A program made the translations under genes and the position numbers. Positions 42,645-53,761 of a DNA stretch of 64,000 bases are shown here, in pieces. Each line of letters opens with the position of its first letter. The stretch's first letter is position 1. The notes below the pieces were generated by a model, which did no database searches, was not told the DNA's origin, and saw only the letters and a program-made list of their open reading frames with translations. The stretch lies in contig JAHHIK010000002.1 of assembly GCA_019358935.1 (NCBI GenBank), positions 64,001 to 128,000 on the forward strand, in the 5' to 3' direction. This stretch comes from Tolypothrix carrinoi HA7290-LM1 (GTDB taxonomy: Bacteria; Cyanobacteriota; Cyanobacteriia; Cyanobacteriales; Nostocaceae).

Positions 42645-44066
42645 TTAGTTAGTAACGGTTGAATTTGAGCAAACTTTGTCTAAAATTTGGAAGTAATTTT
42701 CAACTAAGTTTATGTAGCTAAGTTCTTGTTGGAGAGCAGTTCGATCAAATGTCAGGGGACTACCTGAAAATTTTGCTGCGGCTACTTGGGCAATTACTTG
42801 AGCCATTGCTTCTGTATCTGTTGGTTCAACTAGCCAAACTCCTGGTTTATCCTTTAAATAATCCCAGTTTTCACCTTTAGGTACTGCTGCTAAAATTGGG
42901 CGATCGCTCATCAGATATTCGTAAGTTTTACATGAAATCCGTCCTCCAGAAGATCCATCTGCTCGATTGGGCAAAGTTATCAGTAAAAGGTCTGCTTGTC
43001 TGGCATTTTGAATTGCTTGGGAGTGGGGTAAAGCACCGAAGACAGAAACGACATCTGTCAGATTTTGATTTTGCAACACCTTTTGTACTACAGATTCCGG
43101 GAAGCTGTTTCCGTAGATTTTTACATGAATCTTGTTCTCCCAGTTAGGATTTTGGGACATCGCTTGCTGCGCTGCTTTGCCAATAAAAATCGGACTCGAA
43201 CTGCGGTAATCGATTTTTATCCTTTCATAGCTGCCTAACTTCATCCAAGCTCTGTAAAGTTTTTTAGGTAGTGTGTGTTCTTCAGGGCGATGATAAAAGT
43301 CATACCAGCCATTCATGCCGCCAGTATAAACAATTTTGAACGATTCGCTAACTACCGAATCAACGGGGGTGGAAAAATCCAACGGATCGGCACCGCAACG
43401 AATCAAGTGAAACTTTGATTGTTGGGATTTCGGTTGTCGTTTTTTGACAAGTTCCAGATTAAATTGGGAAACGTAAACTATTGCATCAGCTTGACGCACA
43501 TAAAAATTTTCTAGCCATCGTTCTAGCTGATGATGCAGCCAACTAGCAGAAACTGGATGCATATCAGTGCAACTAAGCGAGTCATCCAAGCTCAACACTA
43601 AAGGCAAACCTGTAAGCCACTTCAGGGCAATTCCTACTAAACCGGCTGAGTAAGGCATCATAAATACAAAAATAGCGCTACAGTTCTGCCGCTTAATTAA
43701 CTGATACCCTTTTATTAATGCCGGAATAAACCAAAAAATTTTGCTATCTGGCCAGATCAAGAACATTAATAATTTATCTAGTTTCAGCTTGCCGATAAAT
43801 TCAATTAAACGTTTTGGATACCAGCTTTTAACAAATTCGACGCTAGCGGCTTCATTCAAATAACCATTTTCTGTTCCAGTTAATATATTAATTTGCCAAT
43901 GTTTTTGGAATTGTCCTAACAATTTTTTTGCTCTGATGGCAATCGGTTCCCTCAAGGGTGGTAGGTCATGGGCTATACAGAAAAGTGTTTGAGGATGTGG
44001 CGATTTTGAAGCGACATTGGATGTAGTAAAATAAGTATTGTTTTTAGAAGAAATTGATTTTGTCAT
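42645..44066 (-). CDS. GT-B fold glycosyltransferase (GT4-like)
   Basis: IVYTGG, ADLLL, KTYEYL..RPIL. Confidence 0.78.
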   Translation of the reverse strand: MTKSISSKNNTYFTTSNVASKSPHPQTLFCIAHDLPPLREPIAIRAKKLLGQFQKHWQINILTGTENGYLNEAASVEFVKSWYPKRLIEFIGKLKLDKLLMFLIWPDSKIFWFIPALIKGYQLIKRQNCSAIFVFMMPYSAGLVGIALKWLTGLPLVLSLDDSLSCTDMHPVSASWLHHQLERWLENFYVRQADAIVYVSQFNLELVKKRQPKSQQSKFHLIRCGADPLDFSTPVDSVVSESFKIVYTGGMNGWYDFYHRPEEHTLPKKLYRAWMKLGSYERIKIDYRSSSPIFIGKAAQQAMSQNPNWENKIHVKIYGNSFPESVVQKVLQNQNLTDVVSVFGALPHSQAIQNARQADLLLITLPNRADGSSGGRISCKTYEYLMSDRPILAAVPKGENWDYLKDKPGVWLVEPTDTEAMAQVIAQVAAAKFSGSPLTFDRTALQQELSYINLVENYFQILDKVCSNSTVTN

Positions 44067-44168
44067 AACTATTATTACTAATTTTTGAGAAATATAATAA
44101 CACCCTGTTTTGGGGAATGCGATCTAAGTATTATTTAAATTTATTCGCTTGGGGACGAGGACTTTGGG

Positions 44169-44204
44169 AAATGCAGAACCTTGTTTAATAAAGGTTCTGC
44201 ATTT
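44169..44204 (-). terminator. Stem-loop 3' of hepA
   Basis: Perfect 14-bp inverted repeat AAATGCAGAACCTT / AAGGTTCTGCATTT. Confidence 0.6.
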
Positions 44205-44256
44205 TAGAGAACGTCAATTTCTCGATTTGGCAGGCTGCCCATTCGCTCAATGGTAG

Positions 44257-46107
44257 CTACTCTACTTGACCCATTTCATATTGTGTTTTGTGATATTCCC
44301 AAAGCTTGCCGTGTCGCTGTAGTAATTCTTGATATTTGCCTTGCTCTACTATACGTCCTCCTTCGAGTACTACGACTTTATCTGCTTGAGCGATGGTGGA
44401 GAGACGGTGAGCGATCGCAATTACTGTTCGACCTAGAGAAAGTTTTTCTAAAGACTCCTGAATCAAGCGCTCGGTCATAGAATCTAAGGCACTGGTTGCT
44501 TCGTCCAAAATCAGAATTTCTGGATCGCGCAATAAAGCACGAGCGATCGCAATCCGCTGCCGTTGTCCTCCAGATAATCGAACTCCGCGATCGCCAAGTT
44601 GTGTTTCAAAACCTTCTCGCATCTCTTCAATAAATTCCAGTGCATTCGCTAGTCGAGCTGCTTCTTTGATTTCAGCTTGAGTTGCCCCTTGTGTACCGTA
44701 AGCAATATTATTCCAGACAGAAGTGTTGAAAATAAATGTATCCTGACTTACCACAGCCATTTTGCTCCGCAGTGAGTTGATTTCAAATTGCCGCAAATCA
44801 ACTCCATCAATCAGCACATGACCTTCTGTAGGATCGTAAAATCGGGGAATTAAATCAATCAGCGTACTTTTACCAGCACCGGTCGCTCCTACCAACGCTG
44901 TCGTTTTTCCCTGTTCAATGGTAAGGGTAACATTGTTCAGCACTAGATGACTGGGATCGTAGCCAAAATCCACAGATACTACGTCAATGGAATGCTTTAA
45001 GCCAGCAAATTGAATTGTACCGTTTTGCAAATAATGTTTATTGTCAGTTCTCAAAAGCTCTTTAATATTATCTGCTGAACCTTGCAGTGTACTAAGACCC
45101 GCTCTGACTCCATTAAAATCCTGGACGATTGGCACGATCCGAAACAATACAAAGAAGAATGTCAGTAATGAAGCAACTTGTAGTGTTCCATTAACAACAA
45201 AAATACTAAACGCAAAAATAATCATACCGATGAGAATCGTGCTGGCTATACCTTCTGCCAGAGGTCTCACCATTGCAAAAGTTAATACAACTTTCGTTGA
45301 GGCACTTACTACATTATCACTAGCTTTCTGGAAGCGCCGGCGCTCAAATTCTTGAGTAGCAAATGCATTCACGGTGCGAATACCGTTAATAAATTCCATT
45401 GCTGTTGAAGTAAATTGACCGTTAGCAGCCGAAACTGCAAAACTTGTTTCTCGCGCTCTGGCATTCAGGGTTGACAATCCCACTCCCACCAGGGTAAATA
45501 GTAACAATGAAATAATAGAAAGCTGCCAGGACAGCACAAACATTGAGATAAAGTAGACAGTAGCTGTTATTGCTCTGGTTAGCAGAAAAGCTGCACCACT
45601 AAACCACTGCTTTATCCTCTCAATTTCTGTTGTAATGGTATTAAGAAGTTCGCCAGTACGAGTTTTAGAAAAGTAACTGAGTGGCAAGGATTGCAGCTGT
45701 TCAAAAATTCGCCTCCGCAAGCGATCGCCCAGATGTAATTGTACTAACTCAGTGTATACCTGTGCCAAATAATTGAATCCTGCCCGAATCCAGGTACTCA
45801 ATAAAATTAAAATAGATATTTGGTATAGACGACGAATTGGCGATGCATTAGAAGCCAGAACCCAGATATCAAACCAGGCAACTCCTGTCTGAATTGGCTT
45901 GGCATTTGGAGTCGTTAACCCTTGCAAAAACTGCAACAGAAAACCGATAGTAAAACCCTCAAATGTTGCACCCAAAAATGAAAAAACTAAAGCCAGAATG
46001 GTGATTTTACGAAAGTGTTTAAACTCTCGCAATATTAAATAGTTTTTCTCCCAAAACTTGGTAGTCTTAAACAAATTGCGAAATGATTGCGAAAGTTTTA
46101 AAATCAT
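44257..46107 (-). CDS. hepA: Heterocyst envelope polysaccharide ABC exporter HepA
   Basis: N-terminus FW..N.LILRE.KHFRKI resembles HepA; TM domain plus GATGAGKS, LSGGQ, DEATSALD; adjacent to hepC. Confidence 0.9.
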   Translation of the reverse strand: MILKLSQSFRNLFKTTKFWEKNYLILREFKHFRKITILALVFSFLGATFEGFTIGFLLQFLQGLTTPNAKPIQTGVAWFDIWVLASNASPIRRLYQISILILLSTWIRAGFNYLAQVYTELVQLHLGDRLRRRIFEQLQSLPLSYFSKTRTGELLNTITTEIERIKQWFSGAAFLLTRAITATVYFISMFVLSWQLSIISLLLFTLVGVGLSTLNARARETSFAVSAANGQFTSTAMEFINGIRTVNAFATQEFERRRFQKASDNVVSASTKVVLTFAMVRPLAEGIASTILIGMIIFAFSIFVVNGTLQVASLLTFFFVLFRIVPIVQDFNGVRAGLSTLQGSADNIKELLRTDNKHYLQNGTIQFAGLKHSIDVVSVDFGYDPSHLVLNNVTLTIEQGKTTALVGATGAGKSTLIDLIPRFYDPTEGHVLIDGVDLRQFEINSLRSKMAVVSQDTFIFNTSVWNNIAYGTQGATQAEIKEAARLANALEFIEEMREGFETQLGDRGVRLSGGQRQRIAIARALLRDPEILILDEATSALDSMTERLIQESLEKLSLGRTVIAIAHRLSTIAQADKVVVLEGGRIVEQGKYQELLQRHGKLWEYHKTQYEMGQVE

Positions 46108-46406
46108 AAGTATTTTTTATACAAGATTTTATCAAGGTAGACAAAGCGATCTCAGTACTATACAAAAAACTTGCTTAGGAAATAGCGCGGCAAATGAAGT
46201 CATCAATTACCGCACATTGGTACAGAATGCTTTGGAGATGTCAGGACAAGAATAAAGTTGCAGGGTGTGAATTTGTGGAAGCAACCAGTATAACTGCCAT
46301 CAATTAATTTTTGAGACATTTGCTTTACGATCCGACCCGCATGGATTGAAAACTTTATACATTGAGTAACTAGTATCCTACGTAAACGTCTTACATCATA
46401 AGTAAA

Positions 46407-47255
46407 TCACGATGTTTGACTATCCAAATGCAATTTGTTTGAAGTCTCTACCTCCCAAGAACCTGTAATTCCTGGCAGTTTATTGAGTTCTCGTTGTTTT
46501 TCCGAACTTAACCGCACAGCTTCTTCCAAAGTCCAGCAACGCGGTCCGACTAAACTCATTTCGCCCTGGAGAACATTAAATAACTGTGGTAGATTATCTA
46601 TATTGTATTTACGCATCCAATGCCCTAGGCGTGTGACGTTTTGCTCATCTTCTGTGAGAGAGAAATTGGTGGCGCAAGCGTAGACGCAAAGCGGACTTGA
46701 GTCAGAGATCGCTTTATCTTCTAGGGTTTTTTTGTTTAGCGCAGTTGTGCGAAACTTGATCGCCCGAAACAGTTTACCGCGTTTTCCTACGCGCCACTCA
46801 CGCTCAAAAAATGCTCCTGGGGAGTAAACACGCATCAGCAAAACTAATATCAGCATTACCGGACTGACTGCAAGCAAAAATACTAAGGCAACAATCCAGT
46901 CAAATAGCCGTTGCAACGATCTCCACGGACTACCTTGTTTGGACAGCTGTTCGGCAGAGGGTATGCGTAAAAATATTGGCTTCGACGCTTGTTCACACGC
47001 ACTTGCCCAAACTTTTAGCCAGTACTCACCCAGCTTTGGATCTATGCGAACCAAACTTACTGGCGAATGTTCTAAGCACTTTACCAAGGATTGCTCTTTA
47101 TCCAGTGAAGGCAGATATGGCTGCAAAACTTGTCCAGGAGCTTTCACCAACAATTGACCCCTTCGCCACTGGAGTGTGCAGTATGAACTACGATCCTGGT
47201 CTTGCTTGGTCACAGTATAGTAATTCTCTAAAGGCGGAATTATCGAAATTGTCAT
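46407..47255 (-). CDS. hepC: HepC, sugar-transferase (WcaJ-type C-terminal domain) family
   Basis: YCTLQWRRGQLLVK N-terminus; KFRT, DNLPQLFNVLQGEMSLVGPR, PGITG. Confidence 0.9.
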   Translation of the reverse strand: MTISIIPPLENYYTVTKQDQDRSSYCTLQWRRGQLLVKAPGQVLQPYLPSLDKEQSLVKCLEHSPVSLVRIDPKLGEYWLKVWASACEQASKPIFLRIPSAEQLSKQGSPWRSLQRLFDWIVALVFLLAVSPVMLILVLLMRVYSPGAFFEREWRVGKRGKLFRAIKFRTTALNKKTLEDKAISDSSPLCVYACATNFSLTEDEQNVTRLGHWMRKYNIDNLPQLFNVLQGEMSLVGPRCWTLEEAVRLSSEKQRELNKLPGITGSWEVETSNKLHLDSQTS

Positions 47256-48532
47256 ATGTTTTTCAGCTTATACAGTGGTAGATTGCCGACCTGACATCAT
47301 AGGACTATCAATGCCAAATACTCTTGCCAAATCTTGCTTTATACTCCAAAAAGGTGATGTTAATTAGGTGGAAAACATGAAACTATAACTTGCTTTATAG
47401 GCAAATGCACATCTTTCAAAACTTTTTCTAAAAAATGTACAAAAAAGTAACAATGCTAGTTCTTAGATAAATCTAAAAAAATAACTCCACTTTTTTGTTC
47501 TAGCTTTTTGGAGGAGGATTCAATATCTAGAATATAAGATACTGTAAAAATGACCATTGTTTAGATAGATTCTTTATTTACTCTTTAAATAGCCCGTCTG
47601 TTTCTCAGAGAATTATTAAGTTCATATGAATCCACTATCGTAGATCTACCCAATAAGCCTTTTATTAATATCGGTAAGTAATTCTAACATGATTGTATGA
47701 ATGACTATCAAACATAAGCTTAATTAACAAAGCACCAATAGAATCTATAACGCTCAATCAACCAGAAAATACACAAAAACTTTATATATTCATCTGATTT
47801 GATTTTCGCTCTTTTACAAAGCCGATACCAGGAGCATTAGAAAAAAGAAGAATTCTCAAGAGAAGACGCGCTTAATTACGTTTACTCCTGTTTTACTCTT
47901 CCCTGATGTGGTCTACTTGAGAGTAGGATTGCAAGCAAACAATACCGAGTAAGTAGCAATAAACGAAGGAGGTTCCCAGCCCCCTACCGATGAAAATGTT
48001 TTTATCGCTGAAATATTCTTTGTAAAATTATTAACATTTAGCCGAAATCTGAAAAAAAGCTAATATTGCCCATATTAAAGGTATCATTGCTTTCGCTCCC
48101 TAAACTACTATCTTTTGGTAGAATTTTTTCTGGCACTTGCGCGATCGCTTGAAGAAATCTGCGTACAAAAGTTATATTTTATACTTAATTTTTCAATTTA
48201 ACCTACCCTAAGGCAAAATTTCCTCTCTTGAGCCGCTCTCAAAAGAAAACTAAGTATAGTGGGTATTTTATTATCTACCTTGCTAAAAACACCTATAACT
48301 AGTAAATTAGGTTATTTAAGTTACTGCATTTTATCAAAATAATAGTATAAAAATAGCATGTTATACTGACTTATTTGTATCCCCAGAAAATTGTAGACGT
48401 GCAACGAAAGCAATTATTAAAAATGCCACCAATCAAAAGTTGCACAATCGCCACTGACAATTCAGAATAATATTGATTGCCAATGTCAAGGCAGTATTAG
48501 CAGCTCATTAATTACGTAGAAATCAGTCAAAA

Positions 48533-48913
48533 ATGAAACAAGTAAACTTTTTAATAATTTTTATCTTTTGTTTAGCTTTGGCTTTATTTACTATAGAGAA
48601 CACCAAACTAGCAACAATTTATATTGTTCCTGGAGTACAGGTACAAGCACCGATAGCAGTTGAGTTGCTACTAGCGACTGGCTTAGGCGCAGTTTTTGCG
48701 TGGCTATTTAGTATGTGGACACAATTGCAGCGACAACTATTGTCTAGTCCACAACGCAAACAAAATGTCCGAATTCAAGAACTAGAGTCCAAAATTGAAC
48801 AGTACCAAGCCGAAGTTCAATCCTTACAACTTGCGCTACCTCCTTCCTCTGATTCCTCAACAAAAGAAACAGAGACGAATGTGCCGAACACACACTCTAG
48901 CAACGTCCAATAA
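48533..48913 (+). CDS. LapA/DUF1049-domain membrane protein
   Basis: Two TM helices (F..EN motif) followed by a coiled coil. Confidence 0.75.
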   Translation: MKQVNFLIIFIFCLALALFTIENTKLATIYIVPGVQVQAPIAVELLLATGLGAVFAWLFSMWTQLQRQLLSSPQRKQNVRIQELESKIEQYQAEVQSLQLALPPSSDSSTKETETNVPNTHSSNVQ

Positions 48914-48965
48914 GTCTACAGGGACTATTTATCCACTAAAACACCGACTTACTTAGGACTTGTTG

Positions 48966-49769
48966 ATGGATCTACGCGAGCTATTGGAAACAATTGCACA
49001 CCTGATTCACCAAGCCGAACAGGGGGAAATTGACCCTTGGGATGTGCAGGTAATTGAGGTAATTGACCGTTACTTAGAATTAATGGCACCGGAAACAACA
49101 CGTATTGGCTATGAAGCTGATTTATCGCAATCCGGGCAGGCTTTTTTGTCAGCATCGATGCTGGTGTTGTTCAAGGCAAACACCTTGATGCAAATGCAAG
49201 CAGCAGCAGATGAACCAGACGTTGTACTAGATGATGTACAAGGAGACAACGATCCGGGGTTAGTATATTCTCTTCATCGGTTGCCATTAGAACGGGCATT
49301 GCGCCGTCGTCCGGCAGCGATGCCACCGCCAAAACGCCGCGTGACTCTGCAAGAGTTGATCGAGCAATTGCAGATCATGGAGAATCAACTCAAACTTGTA
49401 CAGAAAGTCAGCAAACCTATCCGTCCCCGGCGTCAGCCCAGCATCCAAAGTATGCGGGCAGCACTAGAGTTAGCTCACCAGGAAAATCTGACGGAAGTGG
49501 CACAAGAACTGGAGGAAGTATTGCATCTGTCAGCCACAAAATTGTGCTTGTCAGAAAATTGGTTGAATTTGGAACAGTTAGTAGAATTGTGGACTCAGAC
49601 AAAGAAACCATATCACAACAGTTCGGCACATAAATCAAAACACAGTCATCTAGTCAGCGTTTTCTGGGCATTACTATTGCTGTCGGCTCAATCTAAGGTA
49701 GAGCTATGTCAAGAGGAATTCTACCAGGAAATTAAAATTCGCTTACTCTCAAATTCTCCCAATACCTGA
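48966..49769 (+). CDS. scpA: Segregation and condensation protein A
   Basis: EIDPWDV, FL.ASMLV..KA, FWALLLL...KVEL.QEEFY.EI. Confidence 0.88.
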   Translation: MDLRELLETIAHLIHQAEQGEIDPWDVQVIEVIDRYLELMAPETTRIGYEADLSQSGQAFLSASMLVLFKANTLMQMQAAADEPDVVLDDVQGDNDPGLVYSLHRLPLERALRRRPAAMPPPKRRVTLQELIEQLQIMENQLKLVQKVSKPIRPRRQPSIQSMRAALELAHQENLTEVAQELEEVLHLSATKLCLSENWLNLEQLVELWTQTKKPYHNSSAHKSKHSHLVSVFWALLLLSAQSKVELCQEEFYQEIKIRLLSNSPNT

Positions 49770-49796
49770 TCGAATGTACCTGACTTTAAAGAGGAG

Positions 49797-49833
49797 GAAA
49801 GGGGGAAGGGGGAAGGGGGAAGGGGGAAGGGGA
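49797..49833. repeat. STRR-like (GGGGAAG)n array
   Basis: Visible tandem 7-8-mers. Confidence 0.8.
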
Positions 49834-50123
49834 ATAAGAGATTTTCATAATTACAGGTGTACGCAGTTCTTTCAGGACTAGTTGGTGCAAGTGTAAGGGG
49901 AGGAACACAGATGATTTACAGATTTTGATAAATGCAAACCCCAAAATCCGAGTAAATTGAAAAGATAACCGATCGCTTGTCATCTTGCGAGAGCCTATGC
50001 TTACACGTAAAGCGAACATTCGTGTATAAAGTGCTTTTAAGGATGACTTAGAGCAAAAATAAACTGATGATTAAGTATCATTCGATCAAAGTAAACTGGC
50101 TTGTGGTTGAGGAATAAACTTTT

Positions 50124-51293
50124 ATGAAGGCGATGATTCTCGCGGCGGGTAAAGGTACTCGCGTGCGTCCGATTACCTACACAACTCCCAAACCGATGAT
50201 TCCCATCCTGCAAAAGCCAGTGATGGAATTTTTACTAGAACTGTTACGTCAGCATGGCTTTGACCAAATTATGGTTAACGTTAGCCATTTGGCTGAAGAA
50301 ATTGAAAACTATTTCCGTGATGGTCAGCGGTTTGGCGTGCAGATTGCATATTCCTTTGAAGGGCGAATTGATGACGAAGGTAAACTGGTAGGGGAAGCTA
50401 TTGGTTCGGCTGGCGGAATGCGGCGTATCCAAGACTTCTCGCCGTTTTTTGACGATACCTTTGTAGTGTTGTGCGGCGACGCTTTGATTGACCTAGATTT
50501 ATCAGCTGCGGTTAAGTGGCATAAATCCAAAGGGTCGATCGCTACCATTATTACCAAATCTGTCCCACTTGAAGAAGTTTCTAGCTATGGTGTGGTCGTC
50601 ACCGATGAAGATGGTCGCGTCAAAGCATTCCAAGAAAAACCGTCAGTCGAAGAAGCTAAGAGTACCAATATCAATACTGGTATTTACATCTTTGAGCCAG
50701 AGGTATTTAATTATATCCCCTCCGGCATAGAGTACGACATCGGTGGCGAATTGTTTCCCAAACTGGTGGAAATAGCTGCCCCCTTTTACGCCATTCCGAT
50801 GGATTTTGAATGGGTAGATATTGGTAAAGTACCAGACTATTGGCGAGCGATTCGCGGTGTGCTGCTACGCGAAATTAAAAACGTGCAAATTCCCGGTCAC
50901 GAAGTTGCTCCAGGAATCTACACTGGCTTAAATGTTGCCGTAAATTGGGACAAAGTGGATATCACAGGTCCTGTTTACATCGGTGGCATGACCAGGATAG
51001 AAGACGGCGCAAAAATTGTTGGACCGACGATGATTGGTCCGAATTGCTGGGTATGTAGTGGTGCGACTGTAGACAACAGCGTGATTTTTGAATACTCGCG
51101 CCTGGGTCCTGGGGTAAGCTTGGTTGATAAGCTGGTGTATGGGCGTTACTGCGTTGATAAAACTGGTGCGTCGATAGATGTCAAAGCTGCTGCTTTAGAC
51201 TGGTTAATTACCGATGCTCGTCAAGCACTACCATCTCATACCCCAGTTGAACGGCAAGCGATCGCTGAGTTGTTGGGGACAAACGGCAGTTAG
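50124..51293 (+). CDS. cugP: Sugar-phosphate nucleotidyltransferase (cyanobacterial UDP-glucose pyrophosphorylase CugP / Man-1-P guanylyltransferase-like)
   Basis: LAAGKGTRVRPIT..PKPM, FQEKP, C-terminal left-handed beta-helix. Confidence 0.8.
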   Translation: MKAMILAAGKGTRVRPITYTTPKPMIPILQKPVMEFLLELLRQHGFDQIMVNVSHLAEEIENYFRDGQRFGVQIAYSFEGRIDDEGKLVGEAIGSAGGMRRIQDFSPFFDDTFVVLCGDALIDLDLSAAVKWHKSKGSIATIITKSVPLEEVSSYGVVVTDEDGRVKAFQEKPSVEEAKSTNINTGIYIFEPEVFNYIPSGIEYDIGGELFPKLVEIAAPFYAIPMDFEWVDIGKVPDYWRAIRGVLLREIKNVQIPGHEVAPGIYTGLNVAVNWDKVDITGPVYIGGMTRIEDGAKIVGPTMIGPNCWVCSGATVDNSVIFEYSRLGPGVSLVDKLVYGRYCVDKTGASIDVKAAALDWLITDARQALPSHTPVERQAIAELLGTNGS

Positions 51294-51447
51294 GGCATTG
51301 GGCATGGGGAATGGGGAATGGGGAATGGGGAATGGGTAATGGGGAATGGGTAATGGGTAATGGGAAGAAAGAACAATTACCTATTCCCCAATTACCAATT
51401 ACCAATTCCCAATTACCAATTACCTATTACCAATTACCAATTACCCA
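51293..51447. repeat. Inverted STRR arrays (GGGGAAT/GGTAATG)n versus (ATTACCA)n between convergent cugP and speA
   Basis: Heptamer tandem arrays in opposite orientations that can fold back on each other. Confidence 0.85.
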
Positions 51448-53465
51448 TTCCCATTAAGATATGTGTACCGCCGCAAACTTTGTTCGTAAGTTTGTAGCAG
51501 TCGCTGAGATTCCGCTAGGGTGATGCGATTTTCTTCTAAAGCTTGTTCGCAACGCTGGCGGATTTTTTCTACCAGATCCTCGGAGTCGTACTGCACGTAG
51601 CTGACTACTTCGCTCATGGTGTCACCTTTGACGACGTGTTCAATCTGATAACCTTTCGGGGTTAGTTGGATATGAACGGCGTTGGTGTCGCCAAATAAGT
51701 TATGCAAATTGCCCATGATTTCCTGGTAAGCTCCATTCAGGAACATCCCTAAATAGTAAGGTTCTCCTGGTTTGAAGGTGTGCAGTTCTAAAACTGACTT
51801 GACATCGCGCAGGTCAATAAAACGGTCTATTTTGCCGTCACTGTCGCAGGTTAGATCCGCCAAAATCCCTCGCCGCGTCGGTTCTTCTCCCAAGCGGTGT
51901 ATCGGCATGATCGGGAATAGTTGGTCGATCGCCCAACAATCTGGTGCTGATTGAAACACTGAAAGATTGATGTAGTAGATGGAAGCCATGATTTTCTCTA
52001 GGTCTTCCAACTCGTCGGGTACGTATTCCTGCTGTCTTGTGATGTCAAGAATTTTATGACAACAAGCCCAGTAGAGCCGCTCTGCCTTGGCTCGTTCTCT
52101 CAAGCGCAAAATTCCCAAGTTGAAGCGGCTGATGGCTTCTTCTTTGAATTGAGCGGCGTCGTGGTAGAACTCTTGAAAATTCTCTTTGTTGATGCCTTGG
52201 TAAGTTTCCCAAAGGTAATTAATAACCGGGGATTCTCCCTCTTGTGGGGGTTCTGGTGGGTCGAGGGGAATCTCGCTGGTACTGAGAACGTCAAAAATCA
52301 GTACCGATTGATGGGAAGCGATCGCTCGTCCACTTTCGCTAATCAGTGTTGGTACGGTTATTTCCCGTTCGGCACAGGTATCTTTTAACTCTGCCACGAT
52401 GTCATTGGCATAGTTTTGCATGTTGTAATTTTTCGAGGCATAGAAGTTGGTTTGCGAGCCGTCGTAATCTACACCCAAGCCACCGCCGACATCAAGATAT
52501 TTCATATCAGCTCCCAGCATCGCCAATTCTACGTAGATGCGGCTGGCTTCTTGAATGGCATCTTTAATTACATTAATGGCGGAGATTTGCGAACCGATGT
52601 GGAAGTGCAACAACTGCAAAGAATCGAGCAAATCAGCTTCGCGTAACTTGTCAACTGCATCGATAATTTCCGGCATTGTCAAACCAAATTTAGCGCGATC
52701 GCCGCTAGATGTTCCCCAGCGTCCCATGCCTTGGGTACTGAGTTTAGCGCGAACCCCCAAAATTGGTTTAATCCCCAACTGGCGATTGGCATCAATTACC
52801 AAATCGACCTCTTCAATCTGTTCTAAGACGATTATCGGTGTCTGCCCTAGTCTTTGGGCTAACATCGCGGTTTCGATGTATTCCCGGTCTTTGTAGCCAT
52901 TGCAAGTTAACAATGCTCCCGGTGTATCCAGCATAGCTAAAGCAATCATTAACTCTGGCTTGGAACCGGCTTCTAAGCCAAATTGATGCGGTTTGCCAAA
53001 TTTTACCAAATCTTCAATTAAGTGCCGCTGCTGGTTGCACTTGACGGGAAACACGCCACGATAAATGCCAGGGTAGTTGTAACGGGCGATCGCTTTAGCG
53101 AAACATGCATTTAATCGCTCAATCCGGTCTGACAGAATATCGGAAAATCGAATTAACAAAGGTAATCCTAAATTACGCTGCTTTAGGGCATTGACTAATT
53201 CAAATAAATCTAGAGAACCTCCGCGATCGCCTTTGGGAGAAACCGTGATATGACCAGCCGCGCTAATCGAAAAATAAGGCTGTCCCCAACCTTCGATGCG
53301 GTAAAGGGCTTCGCTATCCTCAATTTTCCAGTTTCCGCGAGGCGCCTCGCTTGTGGTACTTGGTGGTAGCAGCTTTTTTTGTTTTTGATTCTTCACTTCA
53401 GCTTTATGTCCATTAGCCGGAGGTTGCACCACCTCTTCCGATGCACCAACAGAATAAACACGCAT
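51441..53465 (-). CDS. speA: Biosynthetic arginine decarboxylase
   Basis: FPVKCNQ (PLP lysine), GLEAGSKPE, HFHIGSQI, DVGGGLG, TCDSDG. Confidence 0.96.
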   Translation of the reverse strand: MRVYSVGASEEVVQPPANGHKAEVKNQKQKKLLPPSTTSEAPRGNWKIEDSEALYRIEGWGQPYFSISAAGHITVSPKGDRGGSLDLFELVNALKQRNLGLPLLIRFSDILSDRIERLNACFAKAIARYNYPGIYRGVFPVKCNQQRHLIEDLVKFGKPHQFGLEAGSKPELMIALAMLDTPGALLTCNGYKDREYIETAMLAQRLGQTPIIVLEQIEEVDLVIDANRQLGIKPILGVRAKLSTQGMGRWGTSSGDRAKFGLTMPEIIDAVDKLREADLLDSLQLLHFHIGSQISAINVIKDAIQEASRIYVELAMLGADMKYLDVGGGLGVDYDGSQTNFYASKNYNMQNYANDIVAELKDTCAEREITVPTLISESGRAIASHQSVLIFDVLSTSEIPLDPPEPPQEGESPVINYLWETYQGINKENFQEFYHDAAQFKEEAISRFNLGILRLRERAKAERLYWACCHKILDITRQQEYVPDELEDLEKIMASIYYINLSVFQSAPDCWAIDQLFPIMPIHRLGEEPTRRGILADLTCDSDGKIDRFIDLRDVKSVLELHTFKPGEPYYLGMFLNGAYQEIMGNLHNLFGDTNAVHIQLTPKGYQIEHVVKGDTMSEVVSYVQYDSEDLVEKIRQRCEQALEENRITLAESQRLLQTYEQSLRRYTYLNGNG

Positions 53466-53564
53466 TTCTTCCTGACCTCTGTGTGTCACCCACAAGTAAT
53501 CAATTTAACGCATTAAGAAAGCAACGCATATGCACCCAGAGATGATTTCTAAGATAAACTCTGA

Positions 53565-53730
53565 TTGGTCATTGGTCATTGGGCATGGGGCATGGGGGAG
53601 GCAGTGCGTTGGACGGGTCTCCCGGCAGACGCGCACCTGCCGTCATGGGGCATTGGTCAAGATTAAAAAACCTTGAACTATGGACTTTAGACCATGAACT
53701 ATGGACTATGGACTTTAGACTATGGACTAC
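53565..53730. repeat. STRR arrays with an embedded ~45-nt structured small repeat (53598-53643)
   Basis: (TTGGTCA), (GGGGCAT) and (CTATGGA) heptamers. Confidence 0.7.
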
Positions 53731-53761
53731 TAACAAATTCGTTAAGTTTGAGGAGATGACA

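Noticed and set aside
47256..48532. Specific heterocyst promoter motifs upstream of hepC
   Set aside because: I found no perfect DIF1 TCCGGA by eye. TGTAAAATTATTAACA at 48021-48036 is only a one-mismatch NtcA-like site in AT-rich DNA.
51208..51405. Short ORFs over STRR arrays (also 49786-50019 and 54263-54603) and antisense ORFs inside long genes
   Set aside because: Low-complexity or shadow frames with no independent coding evidence.
53579..53761. N-terminal extension of Ndk
   Set aside because: STRR and small-repeat sequence; the RBS supports a start at 53762.
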